From the IMG/VR virus record IMGVR_UViG_3300048694_000840, positions 1-53,360 of that record: 53,360 nt of DNA; one strand, given 5' to 3'. Under the pieces are notes generated by a model. It worked only from the letters and a program-made list of their open reading frames with translations. It was not told the origin of the DNA and made no database searches. Numbering within the stretch: position 1 is the stretch's first letter; every line of letters begins with the position of its first letter. Position numbers and translations under genes: made by a program. Below are positions 29,226 through 39,610 of the stretch, piece by piece. The DNA comes from a virus. Taxonomy: Duplodnaviria > Caudoviricetes.

Positions 29226-29896
29226 TGTTCTATATCATCACGAATCAAAGAATGCCATGTTCCGTTATATGGTCCTGGTGGAAATGGATTATTCATATTG
29301 ACATAGACTAGATTTTCACCACAAAGGCCATGATATCTTAGATTGGCTTGCATTAGGTTTTCACCAATGAAAGTTGCACCATTTTCATAATAGTCATCTA
29401 TGCGTTCAAAGGTAGACATGTATTTCTTCATGTTTTCCTGTGAACTAAATGCAAATTGATCGTTACCAAAGTCTCGTTCTGGTACCATACGACAATTTGG
29501 TATGTACAGTTTTGAATTATCCAATTCCGCAAAAGGTATTACCACATTCAATGCATAATCCGTTCTTGTGGAAATAACCCAATCATATTGTCCATCGATA
29601 AGTTTCAACACTTCATTCTTAGAATAAAACATTGAATAGGTGAATCGTGGTGGATGTTTGACTGCATCTGGTGTTCTGGTGTAGATTGTATCGTAGTTGC
29701 CCATGAGTTTATCTTCAAAAAGATAATCTTTAGGTTTATACAAATCAATTATGCTGGTTTCACCTTCAACTGCCGTTCTTTTCCAACTATGAATGTAAAC
29801 ATCCACATCATAATGATCCAAAAGATTGCGTTTGAAATATTCATAACCTTTCTCAAAGGACCTAACTTGGCCGGAAAAACATAATGCAATTTTCAT
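29213..29896 (-). CDS. Glycan-associated hypothetical protein
   Basis: MKIALCFSGQVR...YIHSW...TRTD...NDQFAF. Confidence 0.65.
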   Translation of the reverse strand: MKIALCFSGQVRSFEKGYEYFKRNLLDHYDVDVYIHSWKRTAVEGETSIIDLYKPKDYLFEDKLMGNYDTIYTRTPDAVKHPPRFTYSMFYSKNEVLKLIDGQYDWVISTRTDYALNVVIPFAELDNSKLYIPNCRMVPERDFGNDQFAFSSQENMKKYMSTFERIDDYYENGATFIGENLMQANLRYHGLCGENLVYVNMNNPFPPGPYNGTWHSLIRDDIEQWKK

Positions 29897-30462
29897 TTGA
29901 TCCAATACCAAACATCACATTCTGTTGTTAAAATTTCTTTACCAACTTTAGCGGCAAATTCTTTGGCTGCACGATTGACACCTTCAATTGCAGTGAAATC
30001 ATGGCCAGCAAAGACACCACCAGGTTTTACTTTTGAATAGTAGTTTGCACAATCGATTGTTAATTGTTCGTATGTGTGTAGACCGTCAATAAAAACCAAA
30101 TCATAATGTTCATCGTCAAACAAACCAACAGCATCATCTGATGTTTTACGGATGTGTGTAAATCTATTTGAATAACCTTTTAATCGGTTATTCATTTTTT
30201 GACACATTTCTTCACGTTCATTCATCAATCTGCCATTCCAGTCCTGATATTCCATGTATGGATCAACAGAGAACAATGTTAAATCTGGATTAGAATCCAA
30301 CAAAAAGTTGGCTGTATCTCCAATATCACATCCAATTTCAATCACAAGTGGATAAGACATATCTTTGACTAACGCACCCAAACCATAACCAGAACATTTA
30401 AAAGTTTGTTGTTGAAAACCAAAGGATTGGTTCTCTGTATTAAAAACAATCACATCACTCAT
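29893..30462 (-). CDS. Class I SAM methyltransferase (Methyltransf_24-like)
   Basis: IEIG, FIDGLHTYE, KPGGVFAGHD. Confidence 0.85.
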   Translation of the reverse strand: MSDVIVFNTENQSFGFQQQTFKCSGYGLGALVKDMSYPLVIEIGCDIGDTANFLLDSNPDLTLFSVDPYMEYQDWNGRLMNEREEMCQKMNNRLKGYSNRFTHIRKTSDDAVGLFDDEHYDLVFIDGLHTYEQLTIDCANYYSKVKPGGVFAGHDFTAIEGVNRAAKEFAAKVGKEILTTECDVWYWIK

Positions 30463-30464
30463 GA

Positions 30465-31322
30465 TTAAACCTTATATACGAACAAATCACTTTCATTTTT
30501 TTGGCCAAATTTTTCTTGGACGAACTTTTTCCATTCAGGAACACGATCATATTGGTGAACAATTGCATACACATATTGGTCGTGTGTTTTTACTAATCCA
30601 TCCTGAAATACAGGTTCGGCAGAAAGTAATTTTGGTCTGAAATCTTCAATCTTTTTAGGATCAGCAACAGTTCCTGCTTCACAAGCCCAATGATATGATG
30701 GCACCACCATATCTTTAAATGGTTGTGTATTGATTAGAACATTAAACACGGCCTGATCACAAATTGGAATTGGTCTGTTAACTGCATTTGTGAAAATATT
30801 AAAAACCATATCTTTTACATAATCCGAATAACCACCAAAAGTTCCGACATTATATATTGGCATATTTTTAAATAGTTCATGTACATATGGTCCATAAGAT
30901 TGATAAAGATTTTCGTTACCCCAAGGTTCATCACAATATCTTAATGATTCGCCTGCAATAACCATTCTTAAATTTCCTGGTGAATCAAAAGCCGTTTCAA
31001 AAAATTCAAATGGACTCTTTTGAAAATAAACATCTTTAACATCCGTTACCACAACGTAAAGATAGTTTGCCCAAAAGTTTCTCAGATATTCATAGATATA
31101 AAGAAAACGATATACGTGAATAGGAATATTATTGTTTTTGGCCATAGGAAAAACAATTACTCCTTGTTCCTTCAACCATTCAATAGTTTCTTCGGTTGTT
31201 TCACCTGCACACAAAACAACATCGCAATTTTCACCGCCATGTTCTTTTGCAGACAAAACCCAAGGTTTCAACTCATTAATACCATAATTAGTAAAACCAC
31301 CAATAATTAAATTTTTATCCAT
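30465..31322 (-). CDS. Glycosyltransferase-like protein
   Basis: TDVKDVYFQ, DQAVFN, VHQYDR. Confidence 0.7.
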   Translation of the reverse strand: MDKNLIIGGFTNYGINELKPWVLSAKEHGGENCDVVLCAGETTEETIEWLKEQGVIVFPMAKNNNIPIHVYRFLYIYEYLRNFWANYLYVVVTDVKDVYFQKSPFEFFETAFDSPGNLRMVIAGESLRYCDEPWGNENLYQSYGPYVHELFKNMPIYNVGTFGGYSDYVKDMVFNIFTNAVNRPIPICDQAVFNVLINTQPFKDMVVPSYHWACEAGTVADPKKIEDFRPKLLSAEPVFQDGLVKTHDQYVYAIVHQYDRVPEWKKFVQEKFGQKNESDLFVYKV

Positions 31323-32017
31323 GGGAACTCTCCATTATATTTTTGTTTCATAATTTTATTGCCGTTTAAAAAGAATTCTGCATTAACAGAACCAGGATTT
31401 CCATCAACACGATAGTTAACTGTATATTTACCAGTACAATCAAATTTAGGAAAATGTTGAGATAACACCGAGAAAAATACTCTATCTTGACCCCAACCGC
31501 CATGCCAAACTTGTGCTAATTTTATCGCAACCGATGTTTTTATGCAATAGCAATTAGTATCTATGTGATTTACTCCGTGATATGTTTGCCATTTACCAAG
31601 AGATTCGCAATCATCATTACAAATATAATCACCATCTTTGAAGTGTATTCTTCGGAGAGAATAGGACCAATCCAGGCCATTTTTCTCAATCGTATCTATA
31701 CAAGACTGTACATGGTTGGGTTCAAACCAACAGTCTTGGTCTAGGTAAAGTACATAATCGGTATTGATTAAATGTGTAAATGCAGCATACACACGATGGC
31801 CATAAAAACCATTGGCACCGACATTTGTTGGTAACAAACACTTTTCTAAATTTTTTTTGGAAAGAAAATCATCAGTAATCAATCTTGTTTTCGAATGATG
31901 TTGTATACCATCAGCAACAACATAACATTTTGTTTCATAAGTTTGATTCAAAACGCTGCCTACAGCATCTTTCAACTCCGGTGAACCCGTAGTTGGTATA
32001 ATCACAGTTGCACTCAT
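31307..32017 (-). CDS. Glycosyltransferase family 2
   Basis: VIIPT...SVLNQT, YLDQD DxD motif. Confidence 0.85.
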   Translation of the reverse strand: MSATVIIPTTGSPELKDAVGSVLNQTYETKCYVVADGIQHHSKTRLITDDFLSKKNLEKCLLPTNVGANGFYGHRVYAAFTHLINTDYVLYLDQDCWFEPNHVQSCIDTIEKNGLDWSYSLRRIHFKDGDYICNDDCESLGKWQTYHGVNHIDTNCYCIKTSVAIKLAQVWHGGWGQDRVFFSVLSQHFPKFDCTGKYTVNYRVDGNPGSVNAEFFLNGNKIMKQKYNGEFPWIKI

Positions 32018-32035
32018 AACATCCTTTAATTAATT

Positions 32036-32782
32036 TTATACAAAACAACTTAAATTCATTTCACTCTTAATTATATTGACCGATTTTCCATCTACTGGTG
32101 CAATATTAAACGGAGATTTTTTAGAAGCAGGAATAGAAAATTGCATTTCAAATGTAAATTGATAATTATCACTACCTTTATATTGAACACGAATACGATA
32201 TATTGCTTTTGCTGATTGACCAAAACGAGGAACGTCTTTGAGTTTTAAAGGGTTTGAATTTCCCATCAAATAAAATCCATGTGTTCCAACATTTACATAG
32301 TATGTGTCTTTTTTGTTATAATATTCTTCAATTTTGGATGCAGGAATCTCACCTTTAATATCAGGAAAAGTGTCTCTGTCTCTTTCATAGATTTGTTTTT
32401 TAGACATACCTTTTGTTTGTAAAGGCAACAAATCATCCTTTTCTCTTTTCAAAGGAACATTTTTCCAGTTTTTCTTGAGTAAATCGTACACACCAATTTC
32501 TTCTGCGAGATTTTTAATAAACATTTTTTCTGCATCATCTTCCTGAATCTTATTGAAAGACCAAGGATTTCTCTTATTTTTTGCATCATACTTTAGAACA
32601 AGAGATCCTGCGGATGCAGCTGAAATTTTCAATTCACAACCAGATTTTTTATTGTTATGTTCCAACATCAAATCAGGTTGATCATGACCAGCACCAGCAG
32701 GAACAAAAGATTTTGGTACCAAACCTAGTGGTTTTAAAACTTTTGCTGCGTTCTTTTCGTATTCGAAACCTTGTTGTGCCAT
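32036..32782 (-). CDS. Putative PD-(D/E)XK nuclease-fold protein
   Basis: GFEYE...QPDL...CELK. Confidence 0.5.
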   Translation of the reverse strand: MAQQGFEYEKNAAKVLKPLGLVPKSFVPAGAGHDQPDLMLEHNNKKSGCELKISAASAGSLVLKYDAKNKRNPWSFNKIQEDDAEKMFIKNLAEEIGVYDLLKKNWKNVPLKREKDDLLPLQTKGMSKKQIYERDRDTFPDIKGEIPASKIEEYYNKKDTYYVNVGTHGFYLMGNSNPLKLKDVPRFGQSAKAIYRIRVQYKGSDNYQFTFEMQFSIPASKKSPFNIAPVDGKSVNIIKSEMNLSCFV

Positions 32783-32804
32783 TATTGACCTTAAATAGAA
32801 ATAT

Positions 32805-33911
32805 TTATCTAATGATCTGAATGTCTTTACCTGAGGTCCATACTTCCAATTCTGTTCTCAAACGACCTTCCGACTTAAGTGTATCATACCGATTCGATGC
32901 TTTATTCTTCCACCATTGAATCAAATTTGACAAATGGTGTTTCTCATAATTTTCACCTGGTGATAATTTGTCTGTTTTACAGTTGACATAATCAACCATA
33001 TTAGAAAAACCATAGTCACTTACATAATATCTTTTCTTTTCTGTCAACCCTTTTGCGTTCTCAATCGTTTCCATGAATGTCCCCCCTTCAGTAGTACCTT
33101 TAAGTGCTGCTTTAGTAAGAGCTATAATCCTCATGGTAATCTTGAGTTTCTTGCTAGAAGCATCTTCCTCAACGATCTCACCAACTTTACTTTCCACAAA
33201 GTTTCTCAAATCTTCATATGGCTTTCCGTGCATCATAGGCACAAAATCGGATTCTGTTAATCCTTTGAAACGAATAAATGGTTTCATACCATCATATTGT
33301 GATACTGTTTTAGAACTACCATAAAGACTGGTAGTTTCAAACAAACACAAATTCATACCATATTTTTTATTCACAATTTCTCGTACCTCATGTGAAGTAC
33401 AGATACCTGCAAGTAACTTTCCGCCAAGATAATTGAAACCGAAAGGTTGTGATGGTACTATCACAAAACCCATCATGGACGAATCATTAAATCGTTTGGC
33501 CCATTCTGGTTGTTGCGTAAAGACTTGTCCCAACATTTCATTTCTAGGTTTCATGTTGATAACGGGTGAACCCAAACGCAAGAAACCAACATATTTGTTG
33601 GTGTTCTTTTCCAATACAGCCAAACGCACCTGGCGACCTACAGGTGAAATATTAATGTGTGACGATGTAATGTTGAGTAAAGTTTCCCAGGTTTCTTGTG
33701 GAACTTCACACACATCAAAATCCATGTCATTCGGATGCATGGTAAAATCCGAAAATAAATCTTCTTCTATGGGAAACAAAGGATTGGATGGCAAGTCAGC
33801 CAATGAGGCCAACTTTTGGTCTTTCATGTATTCATCTACACGATTGAATTTACCAAAATAATCTTCAAATATTTTTGCACAATGTAGTGCATCTTCAAAC
33901 TTTAAATCCAT
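32805..33911 (-). CDS. DUF4338/DruA-like protein
   Basis: GRQVRLAV, IVPSQPFGFNYLGGKLLA, ETTSLYG...SQY. Confidence 0.75.
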   Translation of the reverse strand: MDLKFEDALHCAKIFEDYFGKFNRVDEYMKDQKLASLADLPSNPLFPIEEDLFSDFTMHPNDMDFDVCEVPQETWETLLNITSSHINISPVGRQVRLAVLEKNTNKYVGFLRLGSPVINMKPRNEMLGQVFTQQPEWAKRFNDSSMMGFVIVPSQPFGFNYLGGKLLAGICTSHEVREIVNKKYGMNLCLFETTSLYGSSKTVSQYDGMKPFIRFKGLTESDFVPMMHGKPYEDLRNFVESKVGEIVEEDASSKKLKITMRIIALTKAALKGTTEGGTFMETIENAKGLTEKKRYYVSDYGFSNMVDYVNCKTDKLSPGENYEKHHLSNLIQWWKNKASNRYDTLKSEGRLRTELEVWTSGKDIQIIR

Positions 33912-35292
33912 CAAAGCTCTTCTTAGTTGGTTTTTCACGATTGCCAAATGTATTCAGAGGTTTATCTGTAATACCAGCATCAGCCAGGCCATCTTGTGCT
34001 GATTGTTCAACATCATACAGTTTCATCTTCGATCTGTCAACACCAATTGTAAATCTTTTATACATTGTTGGATCCGAGTAACGATTCTTCAGTTGCTTGA
34101 CCATAATCTGGCCAAGTTCTTCAAGTTCTTCTGATGTAATCAAAGCAAACATCAGGTCTGCGGTTGCTGGCAAACCAAAAGATTCACTTGTGTCCTCAAG
34201 TCCGGGGTCGGAACTTGTATAACCACTCCTTGTTGTTTGTGTAGCAGATACAATTGGAACTCCGAATTCAACGGCAAGACCTCGCAATTCTTCGGCAATT
34301 GCCTTGACGTAGGTATAAGAGTTGACATTAGCTCCGGCTTTAATACGAGAGCTACAACAAATATTGAGATAATCCACAAAGATAATATCAGGAACAAAGC
34401 TCTTTTTGAGATTGAGTTCATTTAACAGGGTCCTAAAGTGTGTTACAGAGGCAGCCGCAGTTGGATATTCTTTAATGATTAGTTTACCCACAGTCTTTGC
34501 ACGGACCTTCTCTATCTTCCTATCATACATTTCTTTTGGCAGACTAACCAAATCATCTACTGTTACATTCAACAGATTAGCATCTATGCGTTCTGCAATT
34601 TTTTCTTCAGCCATTTCCATAGTGATATACAAAACATTTTTGCCTTGTACCATACAACCTGCAGCAACGTGACACATAAACAAAGACTTACCAACACCAG
34701 TACCAGCAAGGGCGATATTAAGAGTTTTAATAGGAAGACCGCCTTTTGTAATTTTATTGAAGTATTCCAAGTCAAAAGGAATTCTTTCTTCTTTTCGGTG
34801 ATAAAATTCAAAACGTTCATCACTATTCTCCAAATAATCATGTCCAACGGAACTATCAAAACTTACTGCAAGGGCATCGGAAAGTAATTTAGGTATGGAC
34901 CCTTTATCTTGGGTTTTGTCTTTACCATCAAGGATGGAAATAGACCCCAATACTGCATTGTATATGGCCTTCTCTTGACAGAATTTTTCGGTTTTATCAA
35001 CCAACCAGTCAATCTTGGACTGTTCTTCTCTAGCTTTAACAATCTCTTGTAGACAAGTTTCGCACTTCTCCACTTCTTCATTTGTGAGATTTCGCCTTTC
35101 TTTGACGGCCAATTCAACTGCTTCAATCGACGGTGTAGAATTGTATTCTTCAACGAACTTGGAAATTTCACTGAAGATTGTTCTATCGGTCCGATCCGTG
35201 AAGTATTCTGGTTTGATAAATGGAAGTACTTTGCGTAAGTATTCATCATTGTAAATTAGATTCTTGAGAATCGTCTGTTCCAGTTTCATCAA
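33895..35292 (-). CDS. Replicative DNA helicase (gp41)
   Basis: AGTGVGKS, ITMEM, FVDYLNI, SESFGLPATAD, KQLKNRY. Confidence 0.95.
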   Translation of the reverse strand: MMKLEQTILKNLIYNDEYLRKVLPFIKPEYFTDRTDRTIFSEISKFVEEYNSTPSIEAVELAVKERRNLTNEEVEKCETCLQEIVKAREEQSKIDWLVDKTEKFCQEKAIYNAVLGSISILDGKDKTQDKGSIPKLLSDALAVSFDSSVGHDYLENSDERFEFYHRKEERIPFDLEYFNKITKGGLPIKTLNIALAGTGVGKSLFMCHVAAGCMVQGKNVLYITMEMAEEKIAERIDANLLNVTVDDLVSLPKEMYDRKIEKVRAKTVGKLIIKEYPTAAASVTHFRTLLNELNLKKSFVPDIIFVDYLNICCSSRIKAGANVNSYTYVKAIAEELRGLAVEFGVPIVSATQTTRSGYTSSDPGLEDTSESFGLPATADLMFALITSEELEELGQIMVKQLKNRYSDPTMYKRFTIGVDRSKMKLYDVEQSAQDGLADAGITDKPLNTFGNREKPTKKSFDGFKV

Positions 35293-35572
35293 TAATATCC
35301 TGTTCCATGTTTTGTGACATTAGTTCAACCAACAAGTCACCAATGTAGTTTTTGAAGTTATCATCTTTTTCCAGTTTACTGGGTTTCTTGACTGGCGATT
35401 CTAACACATCATAAGCAAAAAGTAAATAGACCAAGTCATTTTCTTCCTTGAACTTGACCTTGCCGTATTTGAATACGGTATCTTTATAAGGTCCATCCAA
35501 AAACCTAATGTGAACTGCTGCACCATCCTCTTTAGGATAGATGAAACAATAATCTAGGCCCTCAACCATCAT
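35246..35572 (-). CDS. Conserved hypothetical protein at the gp40 position
   Basis: Between uvsX and gp41; GPYKDTVFKYGKV. Confidence 0.65.
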   Translation of the reverse strand: MMVEGLDYCFIYPKEDGAAVHIRFLDGPYKDTVFKYGKVKFKEENDLVYLLFAYDVLESPVKKPSKLEKDDNFKNYIGDLLVELMSQNMEQDIIDETGTDDSQESNLQ

Positions 35573-36630
35573 TCACTCTCTGCAAATGTTTCATCAATAT
35601 CAGAATCTTGTAGAATTTCGGATGCAGCAACACGATATTTGTTTTCCACAAAATCACGGAAAGATTTCTGTTTCAATACAGGCAACCAGAACTCAGATGT
35701 ACTGGTATCTTTTTCACGGGACTTTTTATCTTCAACTTCACCGGTTTCAATGTTTACTTTTGAATACCAACCATTACTAGGCTTGATAACATGTCCGGAC
35801 TCAAGCGCAAGGTCAAGTAAGCCAGACCACTTGTTAATACCACCATCAAAAGAAACATTGACAGGAATTTTAGATTTTTCTTTAACATATCTGGACTTTT
35901 CTACGTTGATAATGAAGTTGTAACCAGTAATTTCGGTTCCATCTTTCTCTTGTTGGCGGCCAAGAATAAAGATATTATCAGCAGAGTAGTACGAACCTGT
36001 ACCACCACCCACGATATCTTTAGGGAACATTCCAATTTCTTTGTATGTGTGATTGACAACGACCATTGGAACATCTTTCATGGTCAAGTGTGGTGTCACC
36101 ATACGGAACAAACTCTTAACCTGTTTAGCACGGCTCATGTCAGCAACAGACTTTTGATCCAATGCATCTTCAACTTCTTTTTTAGATGCAAGGTTACCAA
36201 TTGAATCAACCACAATAATTACATGTTCACCACGTTCAATATTGGTGAGTTGATTCATAATATCGAACTTCAACTGTTCAATGTCTGTAATAGGAGTATG
36301 GAGCACCCTGTCAGTATCGATACCGAAACTATCAAAATAAGACTGCGGAGTACCGAACTCAGAATCGTAAAAAAGCAAAGCAGCATCTTCATATTTGTCC
36401 AAGTAAGATTTGGCCATCAATAAGGAAAAGGCTGTCTTAAAATGTTTGGATGGACCTGCCCACATTGTAAGACCTGGTGTTAGACCACCATCTAGTTTGC
36501 CAGACAACGCAACGTTGATTGCTGGTACTGCCGTTGGAATCATATCCTTCTGTGTGAAGAATTTGGATTTGGAAAGAATAGCAGAATCTTTGATAGAACT
36601 ATTCTTTTTGATTTTGTCAAGTATACTCAT
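35569..36630 (-). CDS. uvsX: RecA-like recombinase UvsX
   Basis: GPSKHFKT, YDSEFG, DSIGNLASKKE. Confidence 0.95.
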   Translation of the reverse strand: MSILDKIKKNSSIKDSAILSKSKFFTQKDMIPTAVPAINVALSGKLDGGLTPGLTMWAGPSKHFKTAFSLLMAKSYLDKYEDAALLFYDSEFGTPQSYFDSFGIDTDRVLHTPITDIEQLKFDIMNQLTNIERGEHVIIVVDSIGNLASKKEVEDALDQKSVADMSRAKQVKSLFRMVTPHLTMKDVPMVVVNHTYKEIGMFPKDIVGGGTGSYYSADNIFILGRQQEKDGTEITGYNFIINVEKSRYVKEKSKIPVNVSFDGGINKWSGLLDLALESGHVIKPSNGWYSKVNIETGEVEDKKSREKDTSTSEFWLPVLKQKSFRDFVENKYRVAASEILQDSDIDETFAESE

Positions 36631-36639
36631 ATTAATCCT

Positions 36640-39189
36640 TTAAGCAAAAAAATCTTCCAAAGAAGAACTCTTTTCTGTTTTCCAACCCATGCAATCTAAA
36701 ATAATACGAATTGGTTCTAGAAACGCCTTTTCGAATTGTACATCATAATCAATATATTCGTCAAGCTTAAATTCTTTTGGAATTCTGGTAGGGAATGAAA
36801 TCACATCTTCTTTCATGGGATTCGGCATTTTGAGATAGGTGAATTTAATTTTTTCACCTTCTTGTATCTTCTGGTATTTCTTTTCTAGGCCAAACTGTTT
36901 TAGGTGTTGATTGTATACCAGAGCACCACGAACATGAATTGGTGTACCTTTTTTGTAAAGTGTTACCGAATCGGAATAAGTATTTAGCCCATTCAGACCA
37001 CGTGGAAAAGAAATTTCTTCTGGTGGTAATTTCTTAAATTCTTCTCTGAATTCGGCAATGAAACTTTGCACATCAGTCTCGGTACCAGTCATCATCAACT
37101 GTATTGTTTCTTTCATCTTTTCACGGATGGCCGATGGTGTGGAAGATTTAATCATTTCTAAACCCATGACTTTCATCTTAGGTTCGGAATATTGAACACC
37201 TTCATTGTTATATACGTTCAGAATGTATCGTTTCTTGGCAGTCCAAACACCTTTGTCAGAAAGTCCTTCACGTTTCATCTGCATCTTTTGGTCATATGCC
37301 TTGACGTAATCAGACAACTCTTTATATGATTTGTCAATATATGGTTGAATCTTTTCTTCACAGATTTTATCCATCAGAGAAATGACTTTGTTTTTGTTAC
37401 TGGTATCTTTGATGTATTTTTCAACCAATTCACCCATGCGTAGGTAAATTGAATCTGTGTCGGACGCAATCACATAATCACGGTTCTCCGTTTGTAGAAC
37501 CTTGTTCATCCATTCATTTATTTTGCCTTCAATCCAACGAATTGAGAGCTGGCCTGCCGTTGTAACTCCCAAAGCCATGCGTAGGTCATAAAACCTAAAA
37601 TACTGGCTTCCCAAAGCACCGTAGGCAGAGTTAAGGGATACTTTCTTGGCAAGTTGTAGGTTGTTGTATCTGGCGATTCGTTTTTCGTGCTCGTAGTAAT
37701 TCGATTTATCTTTTTCATTTTCTTTCTCCTGTTGTGCTTGTAACATCATCTTTTTGAATTTCTTACGATCTTCATACATTTCTTCCAACATCTTAGGCAA
37801 GAAACCTTGAATGTCTGTACGGAAGAATTGTCCGTTTGGTGTGATAGTCGCATCAGCCAAGTTAGTTGTATCAACACCCTTTTTCAACATCTTTTCAACA
37901 GAAACACCTTGTGAAAGAATCTCACGCATTTCCTGTGTGTAGTTTTGTGGTTCAATCAAAGTTTCTGGTGAAATATTATATTGCATCATCAAGTGTGGAT
38001 ACAGGCTGTTCAAGTCAAACGAAGCCACCCAATCGTGTTTGCCGACCTGTGGTTCTTTAACATATGCGCCCTCAAAGGCCGAATCTTTGTCCTGTACTTC
38101 TCTTGGTGGTACAATGATGCCTTGATTGAACAGGTAGGAATAAGTCATTGAATCCCACATACGAGTTTGTGCAAAGATATCCTCATAGTTGCACTTGGTA
38201 TCGTATGCAAGAGTTAAACCCAACTCAATCAATTTTAGTTTATCTTCCAAACGTTCAATCAGCAAAGCATCTTTGATGTTGTACTCAATAAACAATTGGT
38301 AATTTCGTTTGTAGAGGTCATGCAAGTTATCATAGTCATCATATGAAATCTTACCTTCACCGAGTTCTACGTTGGCAATATTATCCAAACGATATGATTC
38401 TTGTGATTTACCACCCGGCGCATACCATTTGTATAGTTCGATATAATCAAGTTGTTCAACACCCAAGAAACCATAGGCCGTCATTGGTCGGCCATTGATA
38501 ATTGTTTTGCGTTCAGAGATAAAGTTCCAAGGTGAGAGTTTCTTGGCTTCATCTTCACCAAGAATCTTGCGTAAACGATTGACAAGATATGGCACATCAA
38601 AGAACTTGGTATTCCAACCAGTCAATACATCAGGAGTTTTGGTTGACCATACAGTTAGAAAAGATTTACAAAGTGACCATTCATCTTTGCATTTGACATA
38701 GGTAACTTTTTCTGGTTCTGGATTATCAAAATCACCACAACCCCAAACATACATGTGGCCACCAAGGGTTTTCCATGCAATGGCAGTAATAGGTTCGTTG
38801 GCCAGATACGGATCAGGGAAACCATTTTCAGAACCAACCTCAATGTCAATAATTGCCACATCAATCTTGTCTTGGTCCCAGTCAACCATATCGGTATGTT
38901 GTTCGGCAATAAATGCATATTCATATCTGGTTTGACCATAGATTTTTGGTGCACCAGAAACATCTTGGAACTTTTTGATATAGTCTCTTGCATCATAGAT
39001 CGAATCAAACTTCTTTTCTACAAGAGGTAGACCATCCAATGATTTGTGTGTTGCAACTTTTGTGGCTGGTATATACAACTTTGGTTCGTAGTCAATCTTG
39101 GCTTTTACTTTTTTACCACCACGGACACCACGATAAAGAATTTTACCGCCAATAGATTGAACATTAGTATAGAAATTTTTTGTCATCAT
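36640..39189 (-). CDS. Family B DNA polymerase (gp43)
   Basis: DIE exonuclease, SFDLNSLYPH, KVSLNSAYG, ASDTDS, KKRY; likely start MMTKNFY. Confidence 0.96.
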   Translation of the reverse strand: MMTKNFYTNVQSIGGKILYRGVRGGKKVKAKIDYEPKLYIPATKVATHKSLDGLPLVEKKFDSIYDARDYIKKFQDVSGAPKIYGQTRYEYAFIAEQHTDMVDWDQDKIDVAIIDIEVGSENGFPDPYLANEPITAIAWKTLGGHMYVWGCGDFDNPEPEKVTYVKCKDEWSLCKSFLTVWSTKTPDVLTGWNTKFFDVPYLVNRLRKILGEDEAKKLSPWNFISERKTIINGRPMTAYGFLGVEQLDYIELYKWYAPGGKSQESYRLDNIANVELGEGKISYDDYDNLHDLYKRNYQLFIEYNIKDALLIERLEDKLKLIELGLTLAYDTKCNYEDIFAQTRMWDSMTYSYLFNQGIIVPPREVQDKDSAFEGAYVKEPQVGKHDWVASFDLNSLYPHLMMQYNISPETLIEPQNYTQEMREILSQGVSVEKMLKKGVDTTNLADATITPNGQFFRTDIQGFLPKMLEEMYEDRKKFKKMMLQAQQEKENEKDKSNYYEHEKRIARYNNLQLAKKVSLNSAYGALGSQYFRFYDLRMALGVTTAGQLSIRWIEGKINEWMNKVLQTENRDYVIASDTDSIYLRMGELVEKYIKDTSNKNKVISLMDKICEEKIQPYIDKSYKELSDYVKAYDQKMQMKREGLSDKGVWTAKKRYILNVYNNEGVQYSEPKMKVMGLEMIKSSTPSAIREKMKETIQLMMTGTETDVQSFIAEFREEFKKLPPEEISFPRGLNGLNTYSDSVTLYKKGTPIHVRGALVYNQHLKQFGLEKKYQKIQEGEKIKFTYLKMPNPMKEDVISFPTRIPKEFKLDEYIDYDVQFEKAFLEPIRIILDCMGWKTEKSSSLEDFFA

Positions 39190-39494
39190 CCTGTAATAAT
39201 TTTTTTGTCGCCTGGAAGAATCAAACCGAGACCAAAAATCTGTTCGTAGTTTTTGCAAAAGTCTGCGGCAGGAACATAGGAGTATACTACATGTTCAAGC
39301 CTAAATTCAAGTATTGCGTCTTTGACTTCTTCCGCATATGTAGGAAATGGTGCAAATCCCACATTCGGAGTTCCATCTTTGCCACGCATAACTGCAACAA
39401 TCACAGGATTTTTAATCCTAAATTTACCACCATCAGTTATCAATTCACCGATAATTTCTTCACCGGTCACTAATTTTAAAATTCTAATTTCCAT
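39186..39494 (-). CDS. Sm-like fold hypothetical protein
   Basis: ILKLVTGEEIIG...IKNP; usual neighbour of gp43 in T4-like phages. Confidence 0.7.
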   Translation of the reverse strand: MEIRILKLVTGEEIIGELITDGGKFRIKNPVIVAVMRGKDGTPNVGFAPFPTYAEEVKDAILEFRLEHVVYSYVPAADFCKNYEQIFGLGLILPGDKKIITG

Positions 39495-39509
39495 AATGTT
39501 GCCTTTTCA

Positions 39510-39517
39510 TATAAATA
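39510..39517 (+). promoter_or_regulatory. T4-type late promoter
   Basis: TATAAATA upstream of the plus-strand operon. Confidence 0.7.
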
Positions 39518-39528
39518 AAAGATAAACA

Positions 39529-39557
39529 ATTATATATGAATTCATAATAAAAGTCAA
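39529..39557 (-). promoter_or_regulatory. Sigma70-type promoter for the replication operon
   Basis: TTGACT-17 nt-TATAAT. Confidence 0.8.
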
Positions 39558-39610
39558 GTAGTTCGTGTCGTTTTCGTTATTATTTTTAAAGAATAAAAAA
39601 AGGAAATGGG

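Noticed and set aside
10121-39189. Introns or inteins in nrdA, nrdB, gp41, uvsX or gp43
   Set aside because: All are continuous ORFs of normal length with no intein motifs.
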